The notes beneath the pieces were generated by a model. That model searched no databases, was not told the DNA's origin, and saw nothing but the letters and a program-made list of their open reading frames with translations. DNA of 59,213 nt from Patescibacteria group bacterium (GTDB lineage Bacteria; Patescibacteriota; Minisyncoccia; Phycocordibacterales; Phycocordibacteraceae): contig JAZKIS010000011.1 of NCBI GenBank assembly GCA_040384725.1, positions 1 through 59,213 of the forward strand. The letters run 5' to 3'. How positions within the stretch are numbered: the stretch's first letter is position 1; the number at the start of each line of letters is the position of its first letter. Shown here one piece after another: positions 9,660-19,288 of this stretch. The translations under genes and the position numbers were made by a program.

Positions 9660-10205
9660 CTATTTGCCGCTCAGTGCTGCCTTAAGGCGTGCATCTTTCC
9701 CGGTAATGCTCGCCGGGATTTTGCTCAAGGTTGCGCGAGCTTCGCGCTCCGTGTAGCCGAGTGCTACGAGCGTATCGAATACTTCGGAATCGTCTGCGTC
9801 AGGAGCCTGACCCTGACCGACTTTCTCCGAGAGCTCGACCATGAGCTTTTCTGCTGCTTTCTTGCCGAGACCGATAACACGGGTGAGGTAGTCGAGGTCG
9901 CGCTTCCCGATAGCGCCCTCGAGCGCTTCGCGAGGTGCGCGCCTCAGTATCGAGAGGGCAGTCTTTGGACCAACCCCCGGAACGCCGAGCAAAAGCTCAA
10001 AGAAGCGTCTCTCTTCCTCGTTCGGAAAGCCGTATAGGTCCATCCCGTCCTGCTTTACGGCAAGGTACGTCTTCAGGGTGATTTCCGTACCTTCTTTATA
10101 GGTATCAGGACTCGCTACATTGACGAGCGCTCCCCAGCCGGCCACGTCGACGACGATGCCGCCTGCCTCGCTCCCGACAACGGTCCCTCGTATCTGCCGA
10201 ATCAT
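9660..10205 (-). CDS. ruvA: Holliday junction branch migration protein RuvA
   Basis: MIRQIRG, LYGF, VPGVGPKTALSIL HhH, GLGKKAAEKL, LVALGY. Confidence 0.95.
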   Translation of the reverse strand: MIRQIRGTVVGSEAGGIVVDVAGWGALVNVASPDTYKEGTEITLKTYLAVKQDGMDLYGFPNEEERRFFELLLGVPGVGPKTALSILRRAPREALEGAIGKRDLDYLTRVIGLGKKAAEKLMVELSEKVGQGQAPDADDSEVFDTLVALGYTEREARATLSKIPASITGKDARLKAALSGK

Positions 10206-10263
10206 ACGCGTATCCTAGCATTTCTTGCGCATATTCCCGGAATGCCGTACTATCCGGTCTACA

Positions 10264-10527
10264 ATGGCAATCACGAAGAACGCAAAGAAGGCGCATCGCG
10301 CATCCCTCAAGAAGCACGTTTTCAACGTGCGCCGCAAGCGCACCCTCGCCGACACCACCAAGGTTGTCCGCAAGGCCATCGCTACCGACGTGAAGGAGGC
10401 TGAGAAGTCCCTTTCTGCAGCCTACAAGGCTATCGACAAGGCAGCGAAGACCGGCGTTATCAAGAAGAACGCGGCATCCAGGAAGAAGTCCCGTCTCGCG
10501 AAGGCGATCGGGCGCGCGAAAGCGTAA
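10264..10527 (+). CDS. rpsT: 30S ribosomal protein S20
   Basis: MAITKNAKKA...IDKAAKTGVIKKNAASRKKSRL. Confidence 0.96.
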   Translation: MAITKNAKKAHRASLKKHVFNVRRKRTLADTTKVVRKAIATDVKEAEKSLSAAYKAIDKAAKTGVIKKNAASRKKSRLAKAIGRAKA

Positions 10528-10575
10528 CGAAGATAAGGAGAAGGCCCGCTTAAGCGGGTCTTCTCCTTTATAGGG

Positions 10576-10647
10576 TGCTCCTGGCAGGAATCGAACCTGC
10601 ATCTATTCCTTCGGAGGGAATTATCCTATCCATTGAACGACAGGAGC
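10576..10647 (-). tRNA. tRNA-Arg(CCG)
   Basis: Cloverleaf; stem ATTCC/GGAAT, loop CTCCGAA. Confidence 0.93.
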
Positions 10648-10763
10648 TGAGGGTTGTATTGAAGCACGGCCTAAGGGATCCCGCATTTTCCTAACTCATT
10701 GACAGCGCCCGCCGAGTTACCTATAAGGAGGGTAGTACTGAACTTTTTTCGCTGGAGGCGAAC

Positions 10764-11309
10764 ATGGACTTCTTAGATCGGCCCATTGCGGTCACTGACA
10801 CCGAACTGACCGGGCTCGACCCGGACGTCCACGAGATCATCGAGATCGGCCTCGTGCTGCTCGACCCAGTTACGCTCGACCCGATCTGGCGCTATGACAC
10901 CAAGGTGATCCCGGAACACATCGAGACCGCGAGCCCGGAGGCCCTCAAGATCAACGGCTATAGCGAAGAGGAATGGCGTGACGCTATCCCGCTGCGTGAT
11001 GCGCTTGAGGCCTACAGCACCATCGCTGCGGACGGCGTCTTCCTCGCTCACAACATGGCGACCGACTGGGCGTTCATGCGAGCGGGATTCAAGAAGACTG
11101 GCGTGCCTGACCGGCTCGACTACCACCGGATCGACCTGTTCTCAACCGCATTCGCGCTCCTTCACGAGTCCGAACTCACCGAGTTCAAGCTCCTGATGCT
11201 CGCAAGGCATCTGGGTGTACCGGAAGAACCCCTGCCGCACCGGGCCATGGGCGGCGCAGAATGCGCGTACCAAATCTATCGGAGACTCATGCAAATGTCG
11301 CGAGACTGA
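10764..11309 (+). CDS. DEDDh-family 3'-5' exonuclease
   Basis: DTELTG, EIIEIG, AHNMATD, HRA motifs; SD GGAGG. Confidence 0.85.
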   Translation: MDFLDRPIAVTDTELTGLDPDVHEIIEIGLVLLDPVTLDPIWRYDTKVIPEHIETASPEALKINGYSEEEWRDAIPLRDALEAYSTIAADGVFLAHNMATDWAFMRAGFKKTGVPDRLDYHRIDLFSTAFALLHESELTEFKLLMLARHLGVPEEPLPHRAMGGAECAYQIYRRLMQMSRD

Positions 11310-11352
11310 CGCGAAAGAGGCGGGACCAACATCCCGCCTCTTCCTGTTTTAG

Positions 11353-11424
11353 TGCTCTTGGATGGAATCGAACCATCATTACAACTTCCGCAAAGTTGCG
11401 TCCTATCCATTGAACGACAAGAGC
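11353..11424 (-). tRNA. tRNA-Arg(GCG)
   Basis: Cloverleaf; stem CAACT/AGTTG, loop TTGCGGA. Confidence 0.92.
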
Positions 11425-11457
11425 GTATGAGGACTCTACCGCACCAGGCCCACTAAA

Positions 11458-11931
11458 TCAAAGGCGCAGGAGGTCGATCACCCGATCGACTATCGACTCG
11501 TCATGCCGTCCTTCCTCCACGTGATCGGCGAAGAACTCATAGATCTCTACGGGATCGTGCCCCACGATAGGAAGAAGGAGATGCGGCGCGAGAAGGTAGT
11601 GCGTGCGGATAGAGAGGGCAGGAGGGCGCGCCGGATCGATATACTCGAGCACTGAGAACGAGACGATGCGCTCGTACTCGTAGAGGTTCTCGTCGATCAT
11701 CACGCCCTCGTCTGTGATACGGAAGCGATGGAGCTGCGGACGCTTCATGGTCGTAAGCGCGAGCACGCCTGACGCGACGATGATGAGGAGCGCCAGGATC
11801 ACGTTCCCGAAGAGAATGCTCGCAACCGCGGCTGCAACCGCGATGATTCCGAGAGCCCAATACCAATCAGCGCTCTTCTCTTCGAAGACGTATCCATCTG
11901 CTTCCCATTCGAAGAACACAGCGCGTGCCAT
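11458..11931 (-). CDS. Hypothetical membrane protein (two TM helices + soluble beta-rich domain)
   Basis: WEA...EKSADWYW followed by a hydrophobic hairpin; TATCAT -10 upstream. Confidence 0.7.
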   Translation of the reverse strand: MARAVFFEWEADGYVFEEKSADWYWALGIIAVAAAVASILFGNVILALLIIVASGVLALTTMKRPQLHRFRITDEGVMIDENLYEYERIVSFSVLEYIDPARPPALSIRTHYLLAPHLLLPIVGHDPVEIYEFFADHVEEGRHDESIVDRVIDLLRL

Positions 11932-11980
11932 AGATAGGAGAATGATAGCACTCACTCTCACACGAATTAACACTTCTTAG

Positions 11981-12065
11981 CGGAGGAGGTGAGATTCGAA
12001 CTCACGGTGCCTTGCGACACTCTTGTTTTCAAGACAAGCGCGATAGACCACTCTGCCACTCCTCC
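11981..12065 (-). tRNA. tRNA-Ser(TGA)
   Basis: Long variable arm; loop CTTGAAA; discriminator G. Confidence 0.95.
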
Positions 12066-12151
12066 CTGTCTATGAGTTTTACTCTTTTGAGGCAGGCGGC
12101 GCAACTCTCACGGATATAGCCCGCAAGGGAAAGGCCGTGTAGCATGGATCT

Positions 12152-12550
12152 ATGCGCTACATGGGAATAGATTTCGGCACGAAGAAGATAGGCATCGCCC
12201 TCTCGGACGAGGCGGGCTCTATGGGGTTCCCGCATTGCATCATCCCGAACGACGGGCGTTTGATCGACGAGATACTCGCGCTAATCGAACGCAAGAACGT
12301 CGAGGCGATCGTGATAGGGGAGTCGATGGGCATGGACGGTACCGAGAACAAGGTCGACAAGCTCGCGAAGGAATTCGCGATGCTCCTTGAGCGACGGTCG
12401 GGTATCCGACCGTTCTTCGAGCCTGAGATGTACACCACCCAGGAGGCGAGGCGCGATTTCGAAGGCGTGCGCATGCCAGGCAGCCCTGACGTCGACGCAT
12501 CCGCTGCCGCCCTTATCCTTACCAGCTACCTCACCCGTACCCATGGCTGA
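12152..12550 (+). CDS. yqgF: YqgF/RuvX family nuclease (pre-16S rRNA maturation)
   Basis: GIDFGTKKIGIALSD, IVIGE, DASAAALIL. Confidence 0.92.
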   Translation: MRYMGIDFGTKKIGIALSDEAGSMGFPHCIIPNDGRLIDEILALIERKNVEAIVIGESMGMDGTENKVDKLAKEFAMLLERRSGIRPFFEPEMYTTQEARRDFEGVRMPGSPDVDASAAALILTSYLTRTHG

Positions 12551-12887
12551 CGACAACCGCATTTCCATAGAGGAGTTCGCGAAGATCGAAGTGAAGGTCG
12601 GCACGGTGCGTAGCGCCGAGCTCGTACCGGAGACCGACAAGCTGCTCCGCCTTTCGGTCGATTTCAATGAAGAGGGAGGACCGCGTCAGATCGTTTCGGG
12701 CATTCGTGCATATGTGAACGAACCAGAAGACCTCGTTGGTCGCCAGCTCGCGTTCGTGACGAACCTCGCCCCGAGAAAGATAAAGGGGCTCGAGTCAAAC
12801 GGGATGCTCTTCGCTATCGGCCAAAACGACACGTTCGCGTTCCTTACGCCCGATCGCGACGTACCGCCCGGAACGACTGCGCATTAG
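12543..12887 (+). CDS. Stand-alone tRNA-binding OB-fold protein (Trbp111/MetRS C-terminal-like)
   Basis: ISIEEFAKIEVKVG, DKLLRL, RQIVSGI, NLAPRKIKGLESNGM. Confidence 0.88.
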   Translation: MADDNRISIEEFAKIEVKVGTVRSAELVPETDKLLRLSVDFNEEGGPRQIVSGIRAYVNEPEDLVGRQLAFVTNLAPRKIKGLESNGMLFAIGQNDTFAFLTPDRDVPPGTTAH

Positions 12888-12928
12888 CCCTGCTTCATGT
12901 TCAGGTGCGCGGTATACTCTGCGTACGT

Positions 12929-14017
12929 ATGGCTAAGAACGCACTCGCTCGTCTCACGCGCATAGAATTCGCTCCGCCGAAGTATCTCTCGTTCCCTACG
13001 GCAGGCATCGATGTCTCTGCGAGCGGCGTGAAGCTGGCGGTACTCGAGGAGCGTCTGCATGGGCTCGAGCTCGTCGCGTTCGGCGAGGAGCGCCTTCCTA
13101 TGGGTGCCGTAACCGGTGGCGAGATGACGGACCGCGCAGCGATCGTCGCGGCCGTGCGCACGCTCGCTAAGAAGCATCACGTACGCTTCGCGAACATCGC
13201 GCTCTCCGAGTCGAGGAGCTACCTGTTCGAGGCTCAGGCTCCCGGAAAGGAGAGCAAAGAATGGCGGACGGCCATAGAGCAGCGTCTCGACGAATACGTG
13301 CCGCTCCCGCCGTCCGAGGTTGCGTTCGATCTCGTCTCCTCAGGAATGGTGGGGGACCAGACGCAGGTGCTCGGCGTAGGTTACGCACGCCGCGTCATCG
13401 AGGAATCCTTGTCCGCGTTCGACGAGGCGAATGTCACGGTCCGCGCGGTCGAGAACGAGATGTTCTCCATGCCTCGCGCGCTCCTTCCGGTAGGGGATCA
13501 GGAAACGGTCCTTCTCATCGATATCGGCAAGACGACCACGAAGCTCGCGGTTATCTCGCGCCGGGTACCGCGCTTCGCGACGACGCTCGACGTGGGCGGA
13601 CACGCGCTCACGCTCGCCGTACAGAAGCACTTCGGCGTAACCGAGGAGGAAGCCAAGCGCGTGAAGGCCGAGCATGGGCTCGTCGTCACCGATTCGGACC
13701 CGGGGTATCTCGAGGCCATGCTCTCCACGGTCTCTGTTATTCGCGAAGAGATCGTACGCAGGCTCGATTATTGGCAGTCGCGCTCGGCAGCAGGCGGCGT
13801 GCATGAGCCTGTGACGCGCGCGATCCTTGCCGGCGGGAATGCAACCGTGCGCGGTCTTCCGGAGTATCTTGAGACCTCCCTCAAGATTCCGGTGGAGCTT
13901 GGCGACGTGTTCGTGAATCTGGCGCCGCGCGAGTCGTGGCTCCCGCCGCTCGATTATCTCGAGTCGCTCGCCTATGGGACCGCGATCGGTCTCGCCCTAC
14001 GAGAATATGGAACTTGA
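12929..14017 (+). CDS. pilM: Type IV pilus assembly protein PilM
   Basis: Actin-like fold: GIDVSASGVK, LIDIGKTTT, GGHALT, LAGGNA, AIGLALR. Confidence 0.9.
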   Translation: MAKNALARLTRIEFAPPKYLSFPTAGIDVSASGVKLAVLEERLHGLELVAFGEERLPMGAVTGGEMTDRAAIVAAVRTLAKKHHVRFANIALSESRSYLFEAQAPGKESKEWRTAIEQRLDEYVPLPPSEVAFDLVSSGMVGDQTQVLGVGYARRVIEESLSAFDEANVTVRAVENEMFSMPRALLPVGDQETVLLIDIGKTTTKLAVISRRVPRFATTLDVGGHALTLAVQKHFGVTEEEAKRVKAEHGLVVTDSDPGYLEAMLSTVSVIREEIVRRLDYWQSRSAAGGVHEPVTRAILAGGNATVRGLPEYLETSLKIPVELGDVFVNLAPRESWLPPLDYLESLAYGTAIGLALREYGT

Positions 14018-14564
14018 ACTCACCAATCTTCTTCCCGAAGAGCGCATACGCTCGCTCCGTCGCGTCTATTTCATCCGGCTAGCCGTCGTGGCGGTGCTCC
14101 TTCTTTCCGGTGTGACCCTTGTGCACGGCGTGCTGCTGCTCCCATCCTTTATGTACTTGCGGAACCAGGTGGGAGAGCGTACGGCGTCCCTCGCGGCGCT
14201 TACCACGACGCTTGCGGGAAGCGAGGAGAAAGAGATCAGTGCACGTGTCGCCACTCTCGCAGAAGACTCCGCGCATCTTGCCCGGCTCTCGTCCGTACCG
14301 AAAGCGTCCGCTGCGATCCGGGCCATCTCGGCACTCCCGCGTTCCGGTATCAGGCTTACCGGATTCTCGTTCGCACCGAAAGAGGGTGCCGAAGCGGAGA
14401 TGTCAGTCTCGGGTGTCGCAACGACCCGCGAGGCGCTTCGAACCTTCGAGCAGTCTCTGGCGGACCAGCCGTTCATTACGTCCGCTGACTTGCCGATTAG
14501 CGCGTACGCAAAGGAACGGGACATCTCGTTCACCATTAGCCTCATAGGACCCTTTACGCTATGA
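14007..14564 (+). CDS. pilN: PilN-like pilus assembly protein
   Basis: NLLP motif, single TM, coiled coil, C-terminal ferredoxin-like segment; follows pilM. Confidence 0.75.
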   Translation: MELELTNLLPEERIRSLRRVYFIRLAVVAVLLLSGVTLVHGVLLLPSFMYLRNQVGERTASLAALTTTLAGSEEKEISARVATLAEDSAHLARLSSVPKASAAIRAISALPRSGIRLTGFSFAPKEGAEAEMSVSGVATTREALRTFEQSLADQPFITSADLPISAYAKERDISFTISLIGPFTL

Positions 14565-15091
14565 AGCGCATCTCCCTGATCCAGCTCGCTATCGCGCTCG
14601 TTATATTCGCGGGCGTACTCGGCGCGTACGGTTTCTGGTACTCGCTCGTGGGCAAGTCGAGCGTCGAGGCAGCAGCCCTTACGGAAGAGATCCGCACGAA
14701 GAGCCAGGACTCGGCACGGGTCGCGGCAGCGAAGGTGGCGCTCGAGTCCCTCGCGGAAGACGAGGCGGCTATGCGCGCGTACCTGGTGCGCGAGCAAGAC
14801 ATCGTGCCGTTCCTTGGGACGCTCGAAGACACGGGCGCGACGCTCGGATCGAGCGTTCAGGTAGTATCCGTCTCTGCGGAATCCAAAGGAGAACGGAGCC
14901 AGCTCCTGCTCTCGTTGAAGATAACCGGATCGTTCGATGCGGTGCTCCGTACGCTCGGCGCTATCGAGTACGGACCCTACGATATCGCTATCCAGTCCGT
15001 GACGTTCGATACGGCCCCGGTAGAGGGAGCCGCTTCAGCATGGACCGCGGCAGCAACCTTCTCGCTCGGAACCCAGTCAAAGAAACCATAA
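14561..15091 (+). CDS. pilO: PilO-like pilus assembly protein
   Basis: TM + coiled coil + 'ITGSFDAVLRTLGAIE'; operon position. Confidence 0.65.
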   Translation: MKRISLIQLAIALVIFAGVLGAYGFWYSLVGKSSVEAAALTEEIRTKSQDSARVAAAKVALESLAEDEAAMRAYLVREQDIVPFLGTLEDTGATLGSSVQVVSVSAESKGERSQLLLSLKITGSFDAVLRTLGAIEYGPYDIAIQSVTFDTAPVEGAASAWTAAATFSLGTQSKKP

Positions 15092-15093
15092 GT

Positions 15094-15396
15094 ATGAAAA
15101 CGTCACTCAATCTCGGTCCGATCCTGAAGAAGTTCTCCTACGGGAGCACGGTGCATCCGGCGCGCGACTGGTTCTACCTGCTCGTTGCCATGACCCTCCT
15201 CGTTGCGCTCTCTATCGGCTGGAACGTGTGGCTCCTGCGGAGTGTCGAGAAGGGAGGGACGATAGGAGACGAGAATGCTCAGGTCGAGTCGTTCGACGAG
15301 GCACCGATCGAATCGGTACGGGCGGTCTTCGAAGCGAGGCGCTCGGAGCAGCTTCGGTATCGTCAGGAGTACCGGTTCGTTGACCCGTCCCTCTAG
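15094..15396 (+). CDS. Hypothetical single-TM protein, fourth gene of the pilMNO operon
   Basis: One TM helix, ends in DPSL; occupies the PilP position. Confidence 0.6.
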   Translation: MKTSLNLGPILKKFSYGSTVHPARDWFYLLVAMTLLVALSIGWNVWLLRSVEKGGTIGDENAQVESFDEAPIESVRAVFEARRSEQLRYRQEYRFVDPSL

Positions 15397-15414
15397 GACC
15401 GCTACTGTACTAAA

Positions 15415-15486
15415 GCCCCCATAGCTTAATGGATAAAGCTGCGGACTTCTAAGCCGTCGATCTTGGTTCGATTCCAGGTGGGGGCA
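15415..15486 (+). tRNA. tRNA-Arg(TCT)
   Basis: Cloverleaf; loop CTTCTAA. Confidence 0.92.
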
Positions 15487-15500
15487 CAAGCAGAAACACT

Positions 15501-15582
15501 GCGCACGTGGCGGAACTGGTATACGCGTACGTCTCAGAAGCGTATGGAGCAATCCTTGGAGGTTCAAGTCCTCTCGTGCGCA
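15501..15582 (+). tRNA. tRNA-Leu(CAG)
   Basis: Loop CTCAGAA; variable arm. Confidence 0.94.
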
Positions 15583-15630
15583 CACTAATAGAATCGGCCC
15601 GGATGCTTGGATGGCATCCGGGCCGAAAGG

Positions 15631-16440
15631 CTATGCGTATTTCCTGAACAACGCTTCGACGGTACGGCGCTGGCGACGAGAAGCGAGAATCAGGTCCCTT
15701 CGTTCCTGATCAGACTTGCGGTTCTGGTTCAGGCGTTTCCTCAGGAAGCAACGTACACGACGGTATGCTCGATGCCCGTTGTCATTGGTCGAGTAGAAGA
15801 GCAGATCCCCGCTAACGTCGAAGAGTCCACGTCCGTATACCGGGAACTCGACCCGGAACACGAACCTTCCTCGTCGCAGAGTGGCGACGCCGGCCGTGTT
15901 CTGTGCAAGCGAATCGAGCAGCTCGCTACGTGCCGTCTCCTTCGTAAGCGATAAGGCGTAGGCTATTGCGCTTGCCGCCATATCGAGACGGATGCTGCTG
16001 TTGCGGAAGTGCCGTTTCAGCCGTCCATTCGCACCGGCGTGTGCCGGAGCGTTCTTGAGCTTTCGGTGCGTGCCGCGCGTCCGCGCTGCCTGCTCCTGGC
16101 TTTTCCGTATCGCAATACAGAGGCTCTCGCGAGCATTGAGCCTGGTTACGAGCATCTCCGTATCTGACGAGGAGCCCGCAATCCACAGCCGATAGGTCTG
16201 TTCGTTCGGAACGATCGTGCAGGTGAATCCGAGCAGGTTGCCCGGATGGCGCCTTGGATAGGTATAGGTACAGGCGCCAGTATATTTCAGGGTACTCGCG
16301 AGATGCCGGGTCACCCCGTTTCCCCTCGCTTTCCGATCAAGCAGTGCGCTTATAGCGCTCACCACATGACCGAAGGTGGAGAAGCCTCTTCCTTTGAAGA
16401 GCAGCTCACGTTCTAACTCATGACCAGTTACGGTATACAT
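15631..16440 (-). CDS. Hypothetical basic (Arg-rich) protein, accessory
   Basis: 269-aa ORF with SD GGGAGG between tRNA-Leu and tRNA-Val; no recognisable motif. Confidence 0.55.
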   Translation of the reverse strand: MYTVTGHELERELLFKGRGFSTFGHVVSAISALLDRKARGNGVTRHLASTLKYTGACTYTYPRRHPGNLLGFTCTIVPNEQTYRLWIAGSSSDTEMLVTRLNARESLCIAIRKSQEQAARTRGTHRKLKNAPAHAGANGRLKRHFRNSSIRLDMAASAIAYALSLTKETARSELLDSLAQNTAGVATLRRGRFVFRVEFPVYGRGLFDVSGDLLFYSTNDNGHRAYRRVRCFLRKRLNQNRKSDQERRDLILASRRQRRTVEALFRKYA

Positions 16441-16545
16441 CTAAGCCTCCCTCATGAGGATTCATCTTTCGGCATCATTGCTTACTAGTGAGTAAGTTGC
16501 AAGGAATAGAAAAGAGCCAGCAATTCGCTGGCTCTTTTCCTAGTG

Positions 16546-16619
16546 TGGGCGATGGAGGACTCGAACCCCCGGCCTACCCGGTGTAAACGGGTTGCTCTAA
16601 CCAACTGAGCTAATCGCCC
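16546..16619 (-). tRNA. tRNA-Val(TAC)
   Basis: Loop TTTACAC; terminator hairpin at 16510-16538 downstream. Confidence 0.95.
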
Positions 16620-16692
16620 GTAGCGCCTAGAGTAGCGCATAACGCGGATATTTTGAAGTAACCTCGCTCCGGCATGCTACGTTCTTATCTGT

Positions 16693-16968
16693 ATGCATGA
16701 ACGCCTCGAAGCCGTTGTCTCCGGAAGAGTGCAGATGGTTATGTACCGGGACTTCGCTCAGCGGAAGGCAAAACGTCTAAAGCTTGTAGGTACCGTCGAG
16801 AATCTCTCGAACGGAACGGTCCGGGTTATCGCAGAGGGTCCGCGCGATGTGCTCGAACAGTATGTTGCCCGTCTTGAGGGAGGACCACTCCTTGCGCATG
16901 TCGAAGGCGTTACACCTCTGTGGCTTCCCGCGATCGGCGGCTTCCGCAGTTTCGACATCATCTACTAG
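16693..16968 (+). CDS. acyP: Acylphosphatase
   Basis: VSGRVQMVMYR, GTVENLSNGTV, GGP. Confidence 0.9.
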   Translation: MHERLEAVVSGRVQMVMYRDFAQRKAKRLKLVGTVENLSNGTVRVIAEGPRDVLEQYVARLEGGPLLAHVEGVTPLWLPAIGGFRSFDIIY

Positions 16969-16969
16969 C

Positions 16970-17647
16970 ATGAGCACCTTGCGATCCATCGGCATCATCA
17001 TGGACGGCAACCGTCGCTGGGCGAAAGAGCGCGGACTAGAGACGCTCGAGGGACATAAGGCTGGTGCTGAAAAGATATTCGAGATCGTGCGTTGGGCGCA
17101 TGAGGCAGAGGTTCAAGAAGTCATTCTCTATGCGTTCTCAACAGAGAACTGGAACCGCGCAGAAGAGGAGGTGGGATATTTGATGCGCCTTGCCGGGAAG
17201 CTGTTCACCGAACAACTTCCACGATTTAAGGAGTCGGGCGCGAAGCTCAGGTTCATCGGCGACCTGTCGCGAGCGAGCGAGCGCATCCAGAGCATGATTA
17301 AGAAAGCGGAAGAGGAGACCAAGGACGGAGCGAAAGGAACGCTCGTCTTCGCGTTCTCATACGGAGGGCGTCCCGAGATTCTCGCTGCCATAAACGAACT
17401 GCTTAAGGAAGGGAAGGAGAGCGTTGGCGAAGAGGAATTCTCTGGAACGCTCTGGAGCGCGGGACTCCTTGACCCTGATCTCATACTGCGCACCGGAGGC
17501 GAGCGTCGGCTCTCGAACTTCCTTCCGTGGCAGTCGGTCTACAGCGAGCTCTTCTTCACGGATACGAAGTGGCCGGACCTCTCAAGAGAGGAATTCGATG
17601 CGGTGCTCGCGGAGTACCACGAACGCGAGCGAAGGCACGGAAAATAA
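16970..17647 (+). CDS. uppS: Undecaprenyl diphosphate synthase
   Basis: IIMDGNRRWA, YAFSTENWNR, SYGGR, DLILRTGGERRLSNFLPWQ. Confidence 0.96.
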   Translation: MSTLRSIGIIMDGNRRWAKERGLETLEGHKAGAEKIFEIVRWAHEAEVQEVILYAFSTENWNRAEEEVGYLMRLAGKLFTEQLPRFKESGAKLRFIGDLSRASERIQSMIKKAEEETKDGAKGTLVFAFSYGGRPEILAAINELLKEGKESVGEEEFSGTLWSAGLLDPDLILRTGGERRLSNFLPWQSVYSELFFTDTKWPDLSREEFDAVLAEYHERERRHGK

Positions 17648-17669
17648 CGATGCGTGCTAGGGTATCTCC

Positions 17670-18404
17670 ATGGAACTCCCGGTTATATACGAAGACGACG
17701 AGATCGTCGCCATAGCGAAACCCGCCGGCGTCATGACGCATCCGGACGGACACTCGACGGATGAGACGGCGAGCGACTGGTTCGCGCGTACCTATCCTGA
17801 CTCCAAGGAAGTAGGGGAGACGCAGCGCCTCAAGGACGGGACCGAGATCGCGCGCCCGGGCGTCGTGCATCGCCTCGATCGCGATACGTCAGGCGTGCTC
17901 GTGTTCGCGAAGACGCCAGACGCGCATGCGCGCCTCAAGCTCGCATTCCAGAACAAGCAGGCGAAGAAGACCTACCTGGCTATCGTGTACGGCACCCTCA
18001 AGGAAGAGAAGGGGATGATCAACTTCGCTATAGGCCGGAGCCGGAAGGATTTCAGGCTTAGGAGCGCACAGCCGAAAGCCAAGGGCCTCATGCGTGAGGC
18101 GCTCACGCGATTTTGGGTTGTGGGGGACATCGAGACGCACTCCCTGGTTCGCCTTATGCCAGAGACCGGAAGGACTCATCAGATCAGGGTCCATCTCAAA
18201 GCGATCCATCATCCGGTTGTCTGCGACCCGCTTTATGCCCCAGGGCGTCCCGCTGACCTGGGTCTCACACGCCTCGCGCTCCATGCCTATTCGCTCGAGG
18301 TTCCGCTTGCTTCAGGACGGATTCTCATAACCGCTGAGGTGCCAGACGACATGAAAAAGGCGGTCTCCGGCTTCCCGGGAAGCGAGGCCTTCGTTGCTCC
18401 GTAG
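17670..18404 (+). CDS. RluA/RluD family pseudouridine synthase
   Basis: [29 protein letters not shown]. Confidence 0.93.
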   Translation: MELPVIYEDDEIVAIAKPAGVMTHPDGHSTDETASDWFARTYPDSKEVGETQRLKDGTEIARPGVVHRLDRDTSGVLVFAKTPDAHARLKLAFQNKQAKKTYLAIVYGTLKEEKGMINFAIGRSRKDFRLRSAQPKAKGLMREALTRFWVVGDIETHSLVRLMPETGRTHQIRVHLKAIHHPVVCDPLYAPGRPADLGLTRLALHAYSLEVPLASGRILITAEVPDDMKKAVSGFPGSEAFVAP

Positions 18405-18432
18405 AAACGGCTGTGATACAGTGCGCAGGCTT

Positions 18433-18978
18433 ATGAACGTAGTACATACACCCGTCGCTCAGGATGAGCGCACCAAGCTCGGCATCCGACCGGGCGACAC
18501 CGTCCGTGTCCACCAGAAGGTGGTCGAGAAGGGTAAGACCCGTCTCCAGGTATTCGAGGGCCTCGTCCTCGCGGTTAAGCACGGCACCGAGGCAGGCGCG
18601 ACCTTCACGGTCCGCGCTACGATGTCCGGCATCGGCGTCGAGAAGATCTTCCCGCTCTACAGCCCGGTTATCGACAAGATCGAGATCACTCGTCGCTCGA
18701 AGGTCCGTCGCGCGAAGCTCTACTTCATCCGCGAGAAGGTTGCCCGCGAGGTCCGTCGCCAGCTCCGCAACATGCGCATGGTTAACCTCTCTACAACCGA
18801 CTTCAAGGAAGAAGAGAAGCCAGAGGAGATCGCCGACGAGGTTGATGAGGCAGTCGACGCTCCAGAGGAGGTTGTCGTTGAAGTCGACACCGTTCCCGAG
18901 GGAGACACCGGCGAGGTTACTCCTGAAGAGGTAGCGGCCGAGGAGTCCCGCGAGGACAAGAAGAACGAGGAAGCGTAG
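18433..18978 (+). CDS. rplS: 50S ribosomal protein L19 with an acidic C-terminal tail
   Basis: [36 protein letters not shown]. Confidence 0.96.
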   Translation: MNVVHTPVAQDERTKLGIRPGDTVRVHQKVVEKGKTRLQVFEGLVLAVKHGTEAGATFTVRATMSGIGVEKIFPLYSPVIDKIEITRRSKVRRAKLYFIREKVAREVRRQLRNMRMVNLSTTDFKEEEKPEEIADEVDEAVDAPEEVVVEVDTVPEGDTGEVTPEEVAAEESREDKKNEEA

Positions 18979-19044
18979 AGAATTTGTAAATACCAGCAAG
19001 GCCCGCTATAGTAAGCGGGCTTTCCTGTTAGGGAAGCGATGCCT

Positions 19045-19129
19045 GCCCGGGTGTTGAAATTGGTAGACAAGCATCCTTGAGGTGGATGTGCCGCAAGGCG
19101 TGGAGGTTCAAGTCCTCTCTCGGGCACCA
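19045..19129 (+). tRNA. tRNA-Leu(GAG), CCA encoded
   Basis: Loop TTGAGGT; variable arm. Confidence 0.95.
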
Positions 19130-19197
19130 GAAAGATGAGCCGCACCATATGGTGCGGCTCATCTTTTTACAGTAAACGTGCTATAACCCATCTACAT

Positions 19198-19271
19198 GGC
19201 GGCCTTAGCTCAGCTGGTAGAGCATCGGTTTGTGGTACCGACGGTCATGGGTTCGAGCCCCATAGGTCGCC
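19198..19271 (+). tRNA. tRNA-His(GTG) with encoded G-1
   Basis: Loop TTGTGGT; G-1:C73. Confidence 0.95.
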
Positions 19272-19288
19272 CTAAATAAAGAACGGAT

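Noticed and set aside
15583-16545. Prophage or integrative element at tRNA-Leu/tRNA-Val
   Set aside because: No integrase and no duplicated tRNA 3' end; just one orphan gene.
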